Of a stretch of 64,000 nt of DNA, positions 1 to 13,091 are shown in pieces. The position numbers and the translations under genes were made by a program. Within the stretch, counting starts at the first letter, position 1. Every line of letters begins with the position of its first letter. Below the pieces are notes generated by a model. It had not been told where the DNA came from. It made no database searches and worked only from the letters and a program-made list of their open reading frames with translations. Origin of the DNA: Octopus sinensis (Eukaryota); NCBI RefSeq assembly GCF_006345805.1, contig NC_043006.1:64604001-64668000 (forward strand). Reading direction: 5' to 3'.

Positions 1-240
1 AACCAAAAATCTGCGGAGCTATAAGAGATGAATCGACAAACATTGAAAAGCAAAACTCTTTTCTTCAGTTGGGAGTGACGTTTTTTTTAAAAAAAAACAT
101 AAAATAAAGGTTACCTTCCCCACTTTATGAAATTGTTCATCGACTTTTGATACAGGAAATTGTTTACTTCCAAAAGAAAAAAAAAAGTCATACCCCTCGT
201 GTGCACATACATATATACGTGCGTGTGTGTATTTGCGTGG
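1..240 (-). mobile_element. Internally deleted copy of the hAT-like DNA transposon found at 41850-43560
   Basis: 18-62 is the reverse complement of 42753-42797 (EKSFAFQ.LSIH), and about 120-175 is the reverse complement of about 41905-41950, so two distant parts of that element are joined here. Confidence 0.7.
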
Positions 241-521
241 GCGTATTTTCGTTCTTGTCCCCTCTCCCACCACTGCTTGACAACCGCAGTTGGTTTGTTT
301 GCGTCCTCATAACAAACGGTTCGGGAAAAGAAAACCGATTCAGGAAGTGTCGAACTTAAAGGAAGCAACCGAGTCGATCTATGCGCCCAATCTGAACCCT
401 TCGAAGCAATGGTCGCAGTCCAATGACTGAGACAAATAAAAGAACGGAAGAGTAGATATTTTCAGTAGACAAGCAGAAGAGTGTGTATGCATACATATAT
501 TGAATGAATATGTTTATGTAT

Positions 522-808
522 GTGAAGGCACATGGCCTAGTGGTTAGAGCAGCGGACTCGCGGTCGAGGGATCGCAGGTTTGAATCTCAGACCGGGCGAT
601 GTGTGTATTTATGAGCGAAGCACCTAAGCTCCATGCGGCAGAAGGTAATGATGAACCTCTGCTGACTCTTTCGCCACAACTTTCTCTCACTCTTTCCTCC
701 TGCATCTTGCAGCTTGCCTGCGACGGATCGTCCAGGTGGGGAACCTATACGCCAAAGAAACCGGGAAACCGGACCTAAGAGCCAGGTGTGGTTTGAGAAG
801 GAACAAAC
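522..808 (+). mobile_element. tRNA-derived SINE, group C (tail type 3)
   Basis: A/B-box-like head TGGCCTAGTGGTTAGAGC...GGTTTGAATCTC. Body shared with 11852-12235 up to CTTTCTCTCACTCT, then a different tail. Confidence 0.8.
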
Positions 809-2175
809 ATGTTTATGTATAGACAGGTATGGCTATGTGATTAAGAAGCTCGTTTTTCAACTACGTGGTTTTGAGATTCAGTCGCACTTCGCGGCAACTT
901 GGGCAGGTATCATCTATACCTCCGGATCAACCAATGCCTTACCAGTAAAGAGAAACTGCGCGGAAGCCCTTCATGTGTGTGTGTGTGTGTGTGTGGTGTG
1001 TGTGTGTGTGTGTGTGTTTGCGTCCCCCTACCGCCATTTGACTACTGGTATTGCTTTACGTGCTAACAACTTAGCGGTCCGGCAAAAAAGACCAACAATA
1101 AGTATAAGGATCAAAAGTAAATACAAAAATCAATTTGGTGGACTAAAAGGGTTTTTATTCGAACAGGAACCCTCGTCGTCGTAACCGACGGAGTGCCACA
1201 ATGAATGTATATACAAACAAAAACATCACAGAAAGGTGAAGTAGAAGGAAGGGAGGAGGTAGAGGGTTAAAACTCACAAACTACTCCTTCTTTCTTATCT
1301 TCCTTCCTTCCTTCTTTCTTTTCTTTCCTTTCTTCCTCTGTTTTGCCTGAATTATAGTCTACTTGGGTGGTAGAGGAGGCGGGGACGGGGGAAGTTGTGT
1401 AAACCTATATTTTCGTCTCCATGGAGTCAGTAGAATTTATGGCAAAGGTCACCACCAGGTGGCTTACACCATAAATTCGTCATTTTAACGGAAATTTCGT
1501 TAAAAGAAAGCTGATAAACGATAAAAAAAATCTAAAATGATATTTATTTTCTTTACTTGCACTCCATCTTTCCCACCATCACCACAACCAATTATATTTG
1601 TCTAACATTATTCACTAGAAATAGCAGTTAAACTTCCCTCTTATCATGCATGGGCTCCTTGCATAGAAATAAAAAGACAGGCTGGTCATGGCTGGAATGC
1701 CTTTGATAATGGATCAGTTCCATCACAATTGATCTGGGTTCCTAATTTTGGTTGAAGGTCAACATTTTTGTTAAAGAAGAGAAAGTTGGCCAATACCATC
1801 GACTTAATTCGTACTTTGGACCCCTTATGTATGAAAGGCAACGTTGGCTCTGGCGGAACTTGAACCCAGAATGTAATGAGTCAGAAAACATACTGTTAGG
1901 CATTTCATCCGATGCACAAACGATTCTGCCATTTTCATGTCTTTCTGAGGTTAAACAATAACAATAACTGATAACCAACTTATTCATTGTATTATTATTT
2001 TTACCTCAGATCAGCCCCGATACAGTAGAACTGCCATCAAAGGCATTCCAACTGTGACCATCCCGCTTTTTTTTTCTTTTTAGACAGGTGCAGGCGTGAC
2101 TATCTGGTTAAGGCGCTCTACAATAGTTCTGGGAGGACCAAAGCCATGTCAATGGATTTGGCAGAGGGAAACTGA

Positions 2176-2378
2176 ATGTGTATGTGTGCGTGTGTGTGCG
2201 TGTGTGTGCGTGCGTGTGTGTGTACGTGCGTGTGTATGTGTGTGTGCGCGCGCGTGTGTGTATGCATGCGTGTGTGTGTGTGCATGCGTGTGTGTGTGTG
2301 CATGCGTGTGTGTGTGTGTGTGCATGCGCGTGTGTGTGTGTGCATGCGTGTGTGTGTGTGCATGCGTGTGTGTGTGTG
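2176..2378. repeat. Compound (TG)n/(TGCATGCG) microsatellite inside a group A SINE
   Basis: Read directly from the sequence. Confidence 0.95.
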
Positions 2379-2429
2379 TTTGTCCTCCTCCACCGGTTGG
2401 CAAACAATGTTACTTTATTGATGGTTTCT

Positions 2430-2990
2430 GATACAAATGTACTTGTAGCGCTCCAGCCACTTTCCGGGAAGGCCCGATGGAAGTCCTCCAATGTGAAGTT
2501 ATCCAGGACTCTTGTCACAGCCTCCGACATCGTCTCCTTCAGCTTGGGGAATAACTCAAAGTCACAGGGAGAATGAGGGGCAGTTTTAATGCCTCTGTCA
2601 AGTGTTTGGTTACCAGTATAGAATTGTGAACTGATGCTTTGTCCTTGTGTAGGTGTTCTGGCCTTTTGCGACGAAATTTCTTCCTAAACTCCCTCAGGAC
2701 CTCCACAAAGTACTCTTTGTTGATAGTCTTGCCAGAGAGAACCCGCTGAAGGTTCATGATACTCTCAATGTCAAAAAATAAGGGTCATCATAAACTTCCT
2801 CGTGGGCTTGCTTAACCTGGCCTCTTGAACCAGCGAAAAACAGATGCTCGGCTCGTAAGAGTTAATCCATAAACAAGTCTGAGTTTCTTCATAAGTTTCT
2901 GCAGTGTTTTTACCCTGTCTAACACAAATCTTTATAGCATGGCAAGTTTCCAAATTGTCTTCACGTCCCCTCTGCACTCAGCGAACTAGT
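2430..2990 (-). mobile_element. Decayed mariner (Tc1/mariner) transposase
   Basis: Three frameshifted pieces: HAIKICVRQGKNTAETYE (HTH), GKTINKEYFVEVLREFRKKFRRKRPE..HKDKASVHNSILV (HxDNAxxH-like motif), and [19 protein letters not shown] (C-terminus). Confidence 0.85.
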
Positions 2991-4339
2991 CATCCGCGAC
3001 AAGTAGTATTTAGTAGGGTGTGTTCAAAGTGTTGTTATATCCATCTCCTTCACTGAGGAATATCATAAATTGGCATTTAAAGCTAATTACTTTTCGTTAA
3101 TCGAAACCCTCCAATCTATTGTTTGGAACAAACTTAACAAGATCCCTAAATTGTTAGTCATCTACAATCTGACCATTATACCCCTATTTAGTTATCTATT
3201 AATTTGGATTTCAAAGCTGTCTCCCTTGCTTTGTCGAATTCATCATTAAAGCCGAGGGGTTCAATCTATTAAATAATGCTTAGTTTGGAACCTTAACACC
3301 ATATAAAGTCGTAGGGACGTCTTCGTGACATATGGCATGCCTTGGGCTTTGAGAACTGGTGGAGCACCTCCTTCTCCAGGTCCGACTGGTGCTACTTTAG
3401 CTTGCGGTCTAGCGCAGTATCTGTAGTCTATGCTGTGAAATAACCTGATCTGGATTAGGGGAAGTGTTAGGATTTAGGATTAGAGTTAAACTACAAGCTA
3501 AAGTGTAAAAGTAGACCGCAAGCTGAAGTGTAAATGACCAGGCCACGTAGCCCGCATGCTAAAGTGATATCGCTGATTTCTTCCAAAGCGATAGAAACGA
3601 CAACGGAGCAGCAGTAACAGAAGAAGATATTTCTACTACTACTACTACTACTTCTACTACGGTTATCCTTTCTGCTATAGGCACAGGGCTCGAAATTTTG
3701 GGGGAAGAGCGCTGGTCGATTACAACGACTCCAGTGCTCAACTGGTACTTAAAATTTTATCGGCCCCGAATGTAGGAAAAGCCAAAGTCGACCTCGGCAA
3801 CTTTTGAACTCCGAACGTAAAGCTGGAAGAAATGCCATGAAGCATTTTGTCCGGCGTGCCAACGATTCTGCCAGCTTGCCCCTCGATAATATTACCAATA
3901 TTTAGTGATAACTGCCCAACAGAGCGTAACGCATGTGCTAACTTACTAACGGAGTGACAAACAGAATCATGTGACATTTATCTATAATAAGTTATATCTC
4001 GATTGTGTTCCATACTTTAGTAGACAAATTGCCATCGATTTTGCTGGTATAGATAGATTACGTATCAGATTTTGTTCCATAATTTAAGTGTTTCATAGTA
4101 ACATTACAGACCATAACAGAATAATATCATAGACAACAATATCGCTCTACGAAAAGCTTACGTCTTTACATCGGCTTATATCATATTCCTTGTAATAACA
4201 TCTCACTTCCGTCTCACTTGAGTAAAGCTTTATAATGTAACAAAGAAAAGCATTGTCAGATATATAACAATACTTTAAGCCAGTGTTAACTTACTAAATG
4301 CATTAAATAGCTGGCTAAATAAGTATATATATACATATA

Positions 4340-4752
4340 CTCTTTTACTCTCTCTTTTACATGTTTCAGTCATTTGACTGCGGTCATGCTGGAGCACCGC
4401 CTTTAGTCGAGCAAATCGACCCCGGGACTTATTCTTTGTAAGCCCAGTACTTATTCAATCGGTCTCTTTTGCCGAACCGCTAAGTGACGGGGACGTAAAC
4501 ACACCAGCATCGGTTGTCAAGCAATGCTAGGGGTACAAACACAGACACACAAACACATACACATACATACATATATATACATATATACGACAGGCTTCTT
4601 TCAGTTTCCGTCTACCAAATCCACTCACAAGGCTTTGGTCGGCCCGAGGCTGTAGCAGAGGACACTTGCCCAAGATGCCACGCAGTGGGACTGAACCCAG
4701 AACCATGTGGTTGGTTAGCAAGCTACTTACCACACAGCTACTCCTGCGCCTA
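4340..4752 (-). mobile_element. Full-length group A tRNA-derived SINE with internal (TA)/(TG) tract
   Basis: Head GGCGCAGGAGT.GCTGTGTGGTAAG...GGGTTCAGTCCC and a tail ending AGTAAAAGAGT. Many further copies in the window, e.g. 10860, 15945, 23636, 37462, 39335, 47845, 55160, 56163, 58138, 60755. Confidence 0.9.
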
Positions 4753-4770
4753 TAGCCACTCCTATATATA

Positions 4771-5135
4771 CTAGCCTAAGTACCGGCGTTTGTCGAAAGT
4801 TTAAAGAATCTTAAAAAAGATAAATATACTTATTCTGATACAAAAAATTTTTTCAGAAAAATTCTTCCAGATTTAAAACAAATCCTGAAATCAATCACAG
4901 TTTAGTTTTGTTGGACTTCTAAATATACAATGTTTTCAGTGTGTCCTTCAATTGGTGAGCAATGAGAAAGTGTTTTGGAACTTCCAACTCGCGAACATCC
5001 TACATATAATTGCCCATGAGGTTAAGTCCAACAGCGATGAGAGATTGTGCTTGAGATTTGTTTATGGACATAGCAAAACTTAGTTTCACTGGGAACTGGG
5101 GCCGTTTAGATTCATAGGAGAGGTCAGACAGGGGG
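4771..5135 (-). mobile_element. Helitron 3' end with PIF1-type helicase C-terminal remnant
   Basis: Minus strand reads KRPQFPVKLSFAMSINKSQAQSLIAVGLNL...HGQLYVGCSRVGS. It ends in a GC-rich hairpin-like segment followed by CTAG (4772-4775) and then T. Confidence 0.85.
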
Positions 5136-5550
5136 ATCTTTTCGGTTTGAACGGCAGTTTTTAACATAACTTCTAGGTAACTAAAAAATTTTAAACTTCG
5201 TATACTGGTAGAATGTGTTTATGAAACATCATTTTCTCTTGACTTTCTTGAGAAAATTCTATAGTTTGTAAGATATTTCGTCAAAAATTTCTTGCATTTC
5301 GGCAATTTTAACCAATCACTGACCGTCTATTGAGGTGAAAGCATTCTGTGCCGTATGAATATGTCCCTCGTTTAAGAAACTGATTGGGTTTATTTACATT
5401 TGTGAAGAAAAAAATTTACCTTTCCCCCACCCCAAACCCCAACCCTAACCATAACTAACCCTAAATCTAAAATACATTGAAATGCAATAGATCGATACTA
5501 GGCTCATAATTATGGGTGACAATTTCATATGACACCGCTAGAGAAAATGG
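5133..5550. mobile_element. MITE family with TIR GGGGATCTTTTCGGTTTGAACGGCAG, right end truncated by a SINE
   Basis: Reverse-orientation copy of 17635-18047. Contains a CCCTAA-like tract. Confidence 0.8.
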
Positions 5551-6280
5551 CAGGGGGAGGGGGCTAAACATAGAGGGGACAAACAAGGACAAAGGGATTA
5601 AGTCGATTATATCGGCCCCAGTGCGTAACTGGTACTTAATTTATCGACCCCGAAAGGATGAAAGGCAAAGTCGACCTCGGCGGAATTTGAACTCACGATG
5701 TAACGGCAGACAAAATACCGCTAAGCATTTCACCCGGCTCAAGGCCTGACATTTAGGGAGAAAGGGGACTAGTCGATTATATGCGTATCCCACTGTGCAA
5801 TTAGTACTTAATTTCCCGATTCCGAAAGGAAGAAAGAGAAAGTCGACCTCAGTAGAATTTGAACTCAGACCGTATTGACGGACGAAACGCCGTCAATGCA
5901 TTTGTCTGGCTTGCTCACAACTCTGCCAGTTGATTCAATTTTATTTTAAAATCTGTATCGGTAATGAAGACAAAAACAATTAGCTTAAATGATATATTGT
6001 AGTCAAAGAAACAAAATCTTATGTCCTTGTGTGTATTATTGCTGACTCTGGGTCATCCTCGCCGTTAACATATGTAAATGGCCTTTGACTCCTGCTGTCC
6101 TTCTGTCCCCTCATTGACGAAGGGGTTGAACGCTTGAAGTAAGGTGAGAGAAAGAGACGGCAATGAAGACTGAAGAGTTAATAAATCCAGGTTCACAAGG
6201 ACACCACTCTCGACCCCTCATACCTGTCATGATACCCTGTACCTACATGCTTTGTTTCAACGTTGATTTATAAGGGGTCT

Positions 6281-6515
6281 GGCGGCGGCATCGATGGTGG
6301 TGGTAGTGGTGGTGGTGGTGGTGGTGCTGCTGCTGCTGCTAGCGGTGGTGGTGGTGGTAGTGATGGTGGTAGTAGTGGGGGTGGTGGTGATGGTAGTGGT
6401 GCTGGTAGTGACGGTAGTAGTGGTGGTGTTGGTGGTGGTGGTGTTGGTAGTAATAGTGACGGTGGTAGTAGTAGTGGTGGTGGTGACGTGGTAGTGGCAG
6501 TAAGGCGGTGGTGAT
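6281..6515. repeat. (GGT)/(AGT) low-complexity tract
   Basis: Read directly. Explains the poly-Gly and poly-Val ORFs. Confidence 0.9.
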
Positions 6516-6714
6516 GGTAACAGTGGGATATGTTATTTAGCCCCAGGTCAGGTCTAGCAAAGTAGTTCTATGATCAAAAGTATTCCCGTCACGACCATTC
6601 TGCTATATTCTGATAGTTTCACGTGTTTAATACAACATTAGGCGCAGGCACAGTTGTGTTGTTCATCAGGTTGGGATCTCTGTAACTAAAAACGTCTTTA
6701 TTATTACTTTTACG

Positions 6715-6905
6715 AAATACTTAGCGATATTTCGTCTGCCGTTACGTTCTGAGTTCGAATTCCGCCGAGGTCGACTTTACCTTTCATCCTTTCGGGATCG
6801 ATTAAATAAATACCAGTTACGCACTGGAATCAATATATTCGACTTAATCCGTTTGTCTGTCCTTGTTTGTCCCCTCTATGTTTAGCCCCTTGTGCGCAAT
6901 AAAAA
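6715..6905 (+). mobile_element. Group B tRNA-derived SINE, 5'-truncated
   Basis: Core GAGTTC.AATTCCGCCGAGGTCGACTTT.CCTTTCATCCTTTCGGG.TCGAT. Many copies, e.g. 3665, 5560, 8394, 13170, 15731, 32890, 35520, 40045, 56988, 59853, 60040. Confidence 0.9.
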
Positions 6906-7096
6906 AAAATTATTACTTTTACGAAAAGAAAAAAAGAAATAATATAATTTTCGTCATCAGCAATCAAAACTACACCAAGAAGGAAATTTTGGAAAAAAAA
7001 TCCATTCAGAATTGAAAAAAAATCTTCAAAATATTCTTCAAAGATATCCGAAGGTTGCTTTGCTTTGCAACACGTGGTTTCATATATATATGGAGA

Positions 7097-7150
<54 letters not shown>

Positions 7151-7324
7151 AGTACGACTTCCGCCGAGGTTGACTTTGCCTTTTCGTCCTTTTGGAGTCG
7201 GTGAAATAAGTTCCAATTGAGCACTGGGAGTCGATGTAATCGACAAATCCCCTTCTCTCAAAATTTCAGGCCTTGTGCCTTTAGTGGTAAGGATTATTAG
7301 TATTGTTGTTGTTGTTATTATTAT

Positions 7325-8252
7325 TATTTTTTCCCTTCTTTCTTCAAATTTTCTTCCATTTCTCGCCGAGTATTTTCCGTACACCTAGGGCAGAGAAGCT
7401 CATTGTATGCATTCCCAGATTACACACGCAAATTCACAGGTAAAATATGTATTTAAAAAATAAATAAATAAATAAATTCATGAATGGATGTTGTTTTCAC
7501 AGCGATAATGCTCTTCTCAGTACATGAGTCGTGCCAGTTAACACGATTTTTTGCACTTCCTGTAGGGATAGTAAGCCTGGTGTCATTTTCAAATAGGTTT
7601 TAGTACTTTTTTTTTATCATTCCTAGAGATCCTACAATCACTGGTACTGTAATCGCCCTGAGATGCCACATTTTTTCAATTTCTAACAAATTTACTGATC
7701 TTGTCAAATTCTTTCGCCGCTATAGTGTGATCGCGGGGAATACCCATGTCAATTAATAAACACACCTTTTTGTCTGATCTTTTATAATAATATCCGGTTT
7801 ATTAGCTTTTATAGTTTTGTTGGTATGTACGGGGAAGTCCCAGAGAATCGACACATTTTCTCCCTCAGTCACAGCTTCAGGATGGTGTATATACTATTTG
7901 TCAGCGGTTTTGATTTTATAATGCCGACATATTGTCCATCGTAAACACTGGCCGACTCTGTCATGTCTTGCTTTATATTCTACAGGTGCTAAGACTTTAC
8001 ACCCTGTGATTAGGTGGTCTATAGTTTCGATCTCATCGTAACAGAATCGGCATTTTGGGTCAGCTCCATTTTTTTTATCACATTTGGCTTGGTAGTTCCG
8101 GGTTAATAAGCTTTGGTCTTGAGTAGCTAATATGAAACCTTCACTCTCTGCTTTTAGCCCTGAACTTCGTAATCATTGATACGTGTGTTTCTGGTCGATA
8201 TCAGCTTGTTTGCTACAGGCCACATACCTGCCATGCAGAGGTTTCTGTTCCC
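7325..8252 (-). mobile_element. 5'-truncated R4/Dong-clade non-LTR retrotransposon (CCHC knuckle plus restriction-like endonuclease) in a (TAA)n tract
   Basis: Minus strand reads QKPLHGRY...LRSSGLKAESEGFILATQDQSLLTRNY...KCRFC..EIETIDHLITGC..LAPVEYKARHDRV...ILWDFPVHTNKTIKANKPDII...LLIDMGIP, with stops. TAA repeats lie on both sides. Confidence 0.9.
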
Positions 8253-8254
8253 TA

Positions 8255-8285
<31 letters not shown>

Positions 8286-8291
8286 TATTAC

Positions 8292-8351
<60 letters not shown>

Positions 8352-8357
8352 TACTAC

Positions 8358-8391
<34 letters not shown>
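8253..8391. repeat. (ATT)n microsatellite
   Basis: Read directly from the sequence. Confidence 0.97.
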
Positions 8392-8828
8392 GCAGGCGAC
8401 GAGCTGGAAGAATCGTTAGCGCGCTGGACAAAATGTTTAGCGGTATTTCTCCCGTTGCTACGCTCGGAGTTCAAGTTCCGCCAAGGTCGACTTTGCCTTT
8501 CATCCTTTCGGGGTCGATAAAATAAGTACCAGTTGAATACTCGGGTCGATGTAATTGACTCATCTCCTCCCCCAAAATTGCTACCCTTGTGACAAAATTT
8601 GAAACTATTATTATTATTATTATTATCATTATTGAAGGCGACGAGCAGAACGCTTAGCGCATTTCGTCCGCCTTTACGTTCTGAGTTCGAATTCCGCCGA
8701 GGTCGACTTTACCTTTTCGTCCTTTCGAGGTCGGTGAAATAAGGTCCAGTTGAGCAGTGAGGTCGAAGTAATCGACTAGTCAATCCCCTTCCACCAAAAT
8801 TTCAGGCCTTGTGCTCTTAGTAGAAAGG

Positions 8829-8863
<35 letters not shown>

Positions 8864-9559
8864 TATTATTATTAATGTTGCTGTCTATTCCTAATTAAGT
8901 TCTGACCCAGGAGATCAAAGCATTCTGTAACCAAACTGTTTTTCTAAGCAGTTTATGTCAGACTCATTTTCCAATGTCCGTCCATTTTTAAAACTGAAGA
9001 ATGTGCTCCGAGGGAGATATGGCTACTATCTCAAGCTGTTAACATGGCAGATAGACGAGTAAAAAATCCTTTATTAGTTCTGCGAAATGATGAATCAATG
9101 TAATTTTCATCTCAGAAATTATCGACCATACACAATCGTTTCCGTTTGAGTCACTGTACCCGATTTATTTGAAATTTTCTAGATTTGCATGCTAATTGCA
9201 AAAATTACATTAATTTTTTGGGAGGAATTAATGATAAAAAATTATGAACCCTTAAAGATTGACATTTTTGCAAATTTTACCCAATCAGAAGCCTCCATTA
9301 TCGACATAGCGGAAATCGCAATTGCTGTGTGTTTTTTCCTTTCTATTAATAAAAGAAATATAATAAAAGAAAATTGAAACGTTGTGAATAATTTTTAGAG
9401 ATGAAACATTTTAATGAAAGAAAATAAAGTTTATAAAACATTTAGAGATGAAAAAATGCAATGAAAACCTACGGTATAAAACCGAATTATCATTTGCAAT
9501 GAAATTTTGCGATGCATTATATACTCTAACTCTAAACTTCTAACCCCCAAACCCAAGAC

Positions 9560-9690
9560 ATGTATGTATGTATGTATGTATGTATGTATGTATGTATGTA
9601 TGTATGTATGTATGTATGTATGTATGTATGTATGTATGTATGTATGTATGTATGTATGTATGTATGTATGTATGTATGTATGTATGTATG
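9560..9690. repeat. (TATG)n microsatellite
   Basis: Read directly from the sequence. Confidence 0.97.
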
Positions 9691-9745
9691 GATGGATGGA
9701 TGGATGCGTATGTGTCTGTATGTATGAATGTGTGTTTATATATAT

Positions 9746-9926
9746 TTCTGCGTGTCAGTGCGCGCCGTTACATTCGTATGGGTGAATGTGTTTGCCTCCA
9801 TTGCTATCTTATACTGCAACCGAAACAGGTTGATTGCCCAGTAAGACGTGCCAAATCGTCAGTGCCCAAACAGCCGCGCCCAATTGTTTTGCATTTATAT
9901 AAATATATATGTATGTGTATGTGTGT

Positions 9927-9992
<66 letters not shown>

Positions 9993-10122
9993 CAACTGGG
10001 CGCGGCTGTTTGAACGATTTGGCACGGCTGACTGGGCAATCAACCTGTTTTGGGGACCATATATCATGGCACTGGAGGCAAACACTTGCCCACACGCCCC
10101 GGCGCGCATTGACACGCAGAAT
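9746..10122. repeat. Inverted repeat with about 140-bp GC-rich arms around a (TA)n spacer
   Basis: 9823-9888 pairs with 9991-10050, 9788-9808 with 10066-10086, and 9746-9768 with 10100-10122. Confidence 0.9.
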
Positions 10123-10780
10123 GATACGCATACAGATGAAAACAGTGAGAGAGAGGGAGAGAGAGAGAGGTGGAGAACAACAGAAACATTGAACTTCTTA
10201 ACGACACGAAATAGACGGCGTCAAAATATCTTTTACCTTGTGTACACACATACACACATTTGTATGTATGTATGTATATATATATGCACACAAATTCACA
10301 CACACATTTGTACATATCTCTATCATATTTTTCGTTCTGTTGTTTTCCTTCCTCTTTTTTGCTTTCTCTCGTTTATTTCGGATAGTAGTGGGTATTTCAA
10401 TATCCATTTTTCAATTTTTTTTTCTCCTGATGAAATGATTAACTCATCCCATTTAAATTAATCAATCATCTATATTATTACGGAAGTATATAAATGATGT
10501 ATTTACTCTACCAACTGAAACAGCTGTAGAGAAACAACTGAATTAAGAAATTATATGTAAAATTTATGCTTTCTGATTGACACTATTCTAAACGTGTTGT
10601 CGTCAACTAATTGTGTAAACACACAAGTTTATTTCACTAATATTTAATGCATTGGTGTAACCAGTTGGAAAATTGTACACCAGGTGGATTTTCTGTTGGT
10701 CGCTAAATAATATTTACACATTTAACTTCCTATTTTAGTTATTTTTCCTTTGTATTTGTTATTCGTCTAATAGTATTCGC

Positions 10781-11038
10781 GAAGGCGCTTGGTTTAGTGC
10801 TTAGGTCATTAGGTTCACGCTCGTAAGACCGCGAGTTCAATTCCGGATGGTACGTTGTCTTTTACTTGTTTCAGTTATTTGACTGCGGCCATTCTGGAGT
10901 ACCGCCTGTAGTCGAGCAAATCGACTCCAGGACTTATTCTTTGTAAGCCAAGTACTTATTCTATCGGTCTCTTTTGCCGAACCGCTAAGTTACGAGGACG
11001 TGAACACACCAGCATCGGTTGACAAGCGATGTTGGAGT

Positions 11039-11116
<78 letters not shown>

Positions 11117-11485
11117 TATATAAGACGGGCTTCAGTTTCTGTCTACCAAATCCACTCACAACGCTTTATTCGGCCCGAAGCTATAGTAGAAGCCACTTCC
11201 CCAAGGTGCCACACAGTGGGACAGAACCCGGAACCATGTGGTTGGTAAGCAATCTACATACCACACAGCCACTCCTTAAGATACTTTATTTCAAGTTGCT
11301 CCAGTCCACTCACCTGGCAAAAATGATTAGTACCTGTTATTCAAAAGGGCCAGCCCTGTCACATTCTGTGTTATGCTGAATCTCCAGGAAAACTCCGTTA
11401 AGGGTGCGCGTGTTTGCGGAGCGCTCAGCCACTGGCACGTTAATTTCACAAGCAGGCTCTTCCACTGATCGGATCAACGCCATCG
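10781..11485 (+). mobile_element. Older tRNA-derived SINE with tail type 1, split by a group A SINE (10860-11275)
   Basis: tRNA-like head at 10781-10857. 11330-11480 matches the tail at 12050-12200. Confidence 0.65.
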
Positions 11486-11787
11486 CAACAGACGCATTGT
11501 TAGTAACTCCTGATTTGCTCAGTAAATAAATTTGAAATGATCCCAAGCACTTAAAGACAGTGTCAGAATTTGAGAAATCAAGAATGATGGTGGCTTAAAT
11601 TAGCCGCGTAAAAGTTCTGAGTGCATGGTTTATAAATATATCAGAAGATTTTGTACGTTTGCATAACAATGAACTGGATAGCACACCTAGTATTTGCTGG
11701 GGGAAAAAAAGGTTATTGAAAAACATGATTAACCGCTAGCTCCAAAAAGTTTTTTTTAATTCTCTCTCTATTTATTTCCTCGAGTTC

Positions 11788-11823
11788 CTTTCTGTTGAAG
11801 AGCGTAGGCTCGAAACGTAAAAG
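11788..11823 (+). ncRNA. Minimal type I hammerhead-like fold (A6U core variant)
   Basis: CTTT-CTGTTGA-A-GAGC(GTAG)GCTC-GAAA-CG-TA-AAAG. Host element is about 11765-12310 and ends in (TA)n. Confidence 0.6.
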
Positions 11824-11851
11824 ACTTTCTTACCTTCCCTAGCGTTAAACT

Positions 11852-12235
11852 GTGGAGGCGCAATGGCCCAGTGGTTAGGGCAGCGGACTCGCGGTCGTAG
11901 GATCGCGGTTTCGATTCCCAGACCGGGCGTTGTGAGTGTTTATTGAGCGAAAACACTTAAAAGCTCCATGAGGCTCCGGCAGGGATGGTGGTGATCCCTG
12001 CTGTACTCTTTCACCACAACTTTCTCTCACTCTTACTTCCTGTTTCTGTTGTACCTGTATTTCAAAGGGCCGGCCTTGTCACTCTCTGTGTCACGCTGAA
12101 TATCCCCGAGAACTACGTTAAGGGTACACGTGTCTGTGGAGTGCTCAGCCACTTACACGTTAATTTCACGAGCAGGCTGTTCCGTTGATCGGATCAACCG
12201 GAACCCTCGTTGTCGTAACCGACGGAGTGCTTCCA
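11852..12235 (+). mobile_element. Full-length group C tRNA-derived SINE (tail type 1) with target-site duplication
   Basis: TSD CTAGCGTTAAACT at 11839-11851 and 12236-12248. Head TGGCCCAGTGGTTAGGGC...GGTTTCGATTCCC. Confidence 0.92.
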
Positions 12236-12332
12236 CTAGCGTTAAACTAATACACTTGTTTGTTGTCCATACACCTGTCTTCGTCTTTTGTTATTCCGTA
12301 AATTTCAACTATATATATATATATATATATAT

Positions 12333-12440
12333 GGCCTGCTCGCTTAGCCAGCGGGGTGGCGTCGTTCGAAGGCTAAAACAATGCAAACGCATTGTACCCA
12401 GCGATGTGTAGCAACATCTGATGGTCTGATCGGTTACGTG
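12333..12440 (+). mobile_element. Stand-alone 110-bp structured module (group C tail type 2) inside (TA)n
   Basis: Reverse complement of 12836-12944 and of 44718-44825. Confidence 0.85.
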
Positions 12441-12478
12441 GTGGATATATATAGATATATATATATATATAAATTATA

Positions 12479-12835
<357 letters not shown>

Positions 12836-12841
<6 letters not shown>

Positions 12842-13091
12842 ACCAACCAAGCTATCAGATGTTGCTACACATCGCTGGTCACAATGCGCTTCGCATTGTT
12901 TTAGCCTTCAAACGACGCCACCCCGCTGGCTAAGCGAGCAGGCCAACAGAAGAAAGAGTGAGAGAAAGTTGTGGCGAAAGAGTACAGCAGGGATCGCCAC
13001 CACGCCTTGCCGGATTCCTAATCTGGGAATCGAAACCGCGATCCTACGACCGCTAGTCCGCTGCCCTAACCACTGGGCCATTGCGCCTCCA
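12836..13091 (-). mobile_element. Group C SINE (tail type 2) ending in (TA)n
   Basis: Head at 13091-13020 matches 11852-11925. Confidence 0.85.

Noticed and set aside
3965-4320. Possible second PLE GIY-YIG remnant on the minus strand (LSTKVWN)
   Set aside because: Too degraded to call by eye. It needs a translated HMM search.
5430-5470. Interstitial telomere (CCCTAA repeats, also 19604-19620)
   Set aside because: Only two or three degenerate units, and they are an internal part of a MITE family.
6110-6148. CTCA-TTGACGA-AGGGG...CGCTT-GAAG...TGAG hammerhead-like
   Set aside because: Needs several core and stem changes and has no valid cleavage triplet.
6263-6514. Glycine-rich protein exon
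   Set aside because: Composed of GGT/AGT low-complexity repeat with no splice or domain support.
11852-11930. tRNA genes at SINE heads (also 522, 13020 and group A/B heads)
   Set aside because: They have A/B-box-like motifs but no clean cloverleaf, and they continue into multicopy SINE bodies, one with a TSD.
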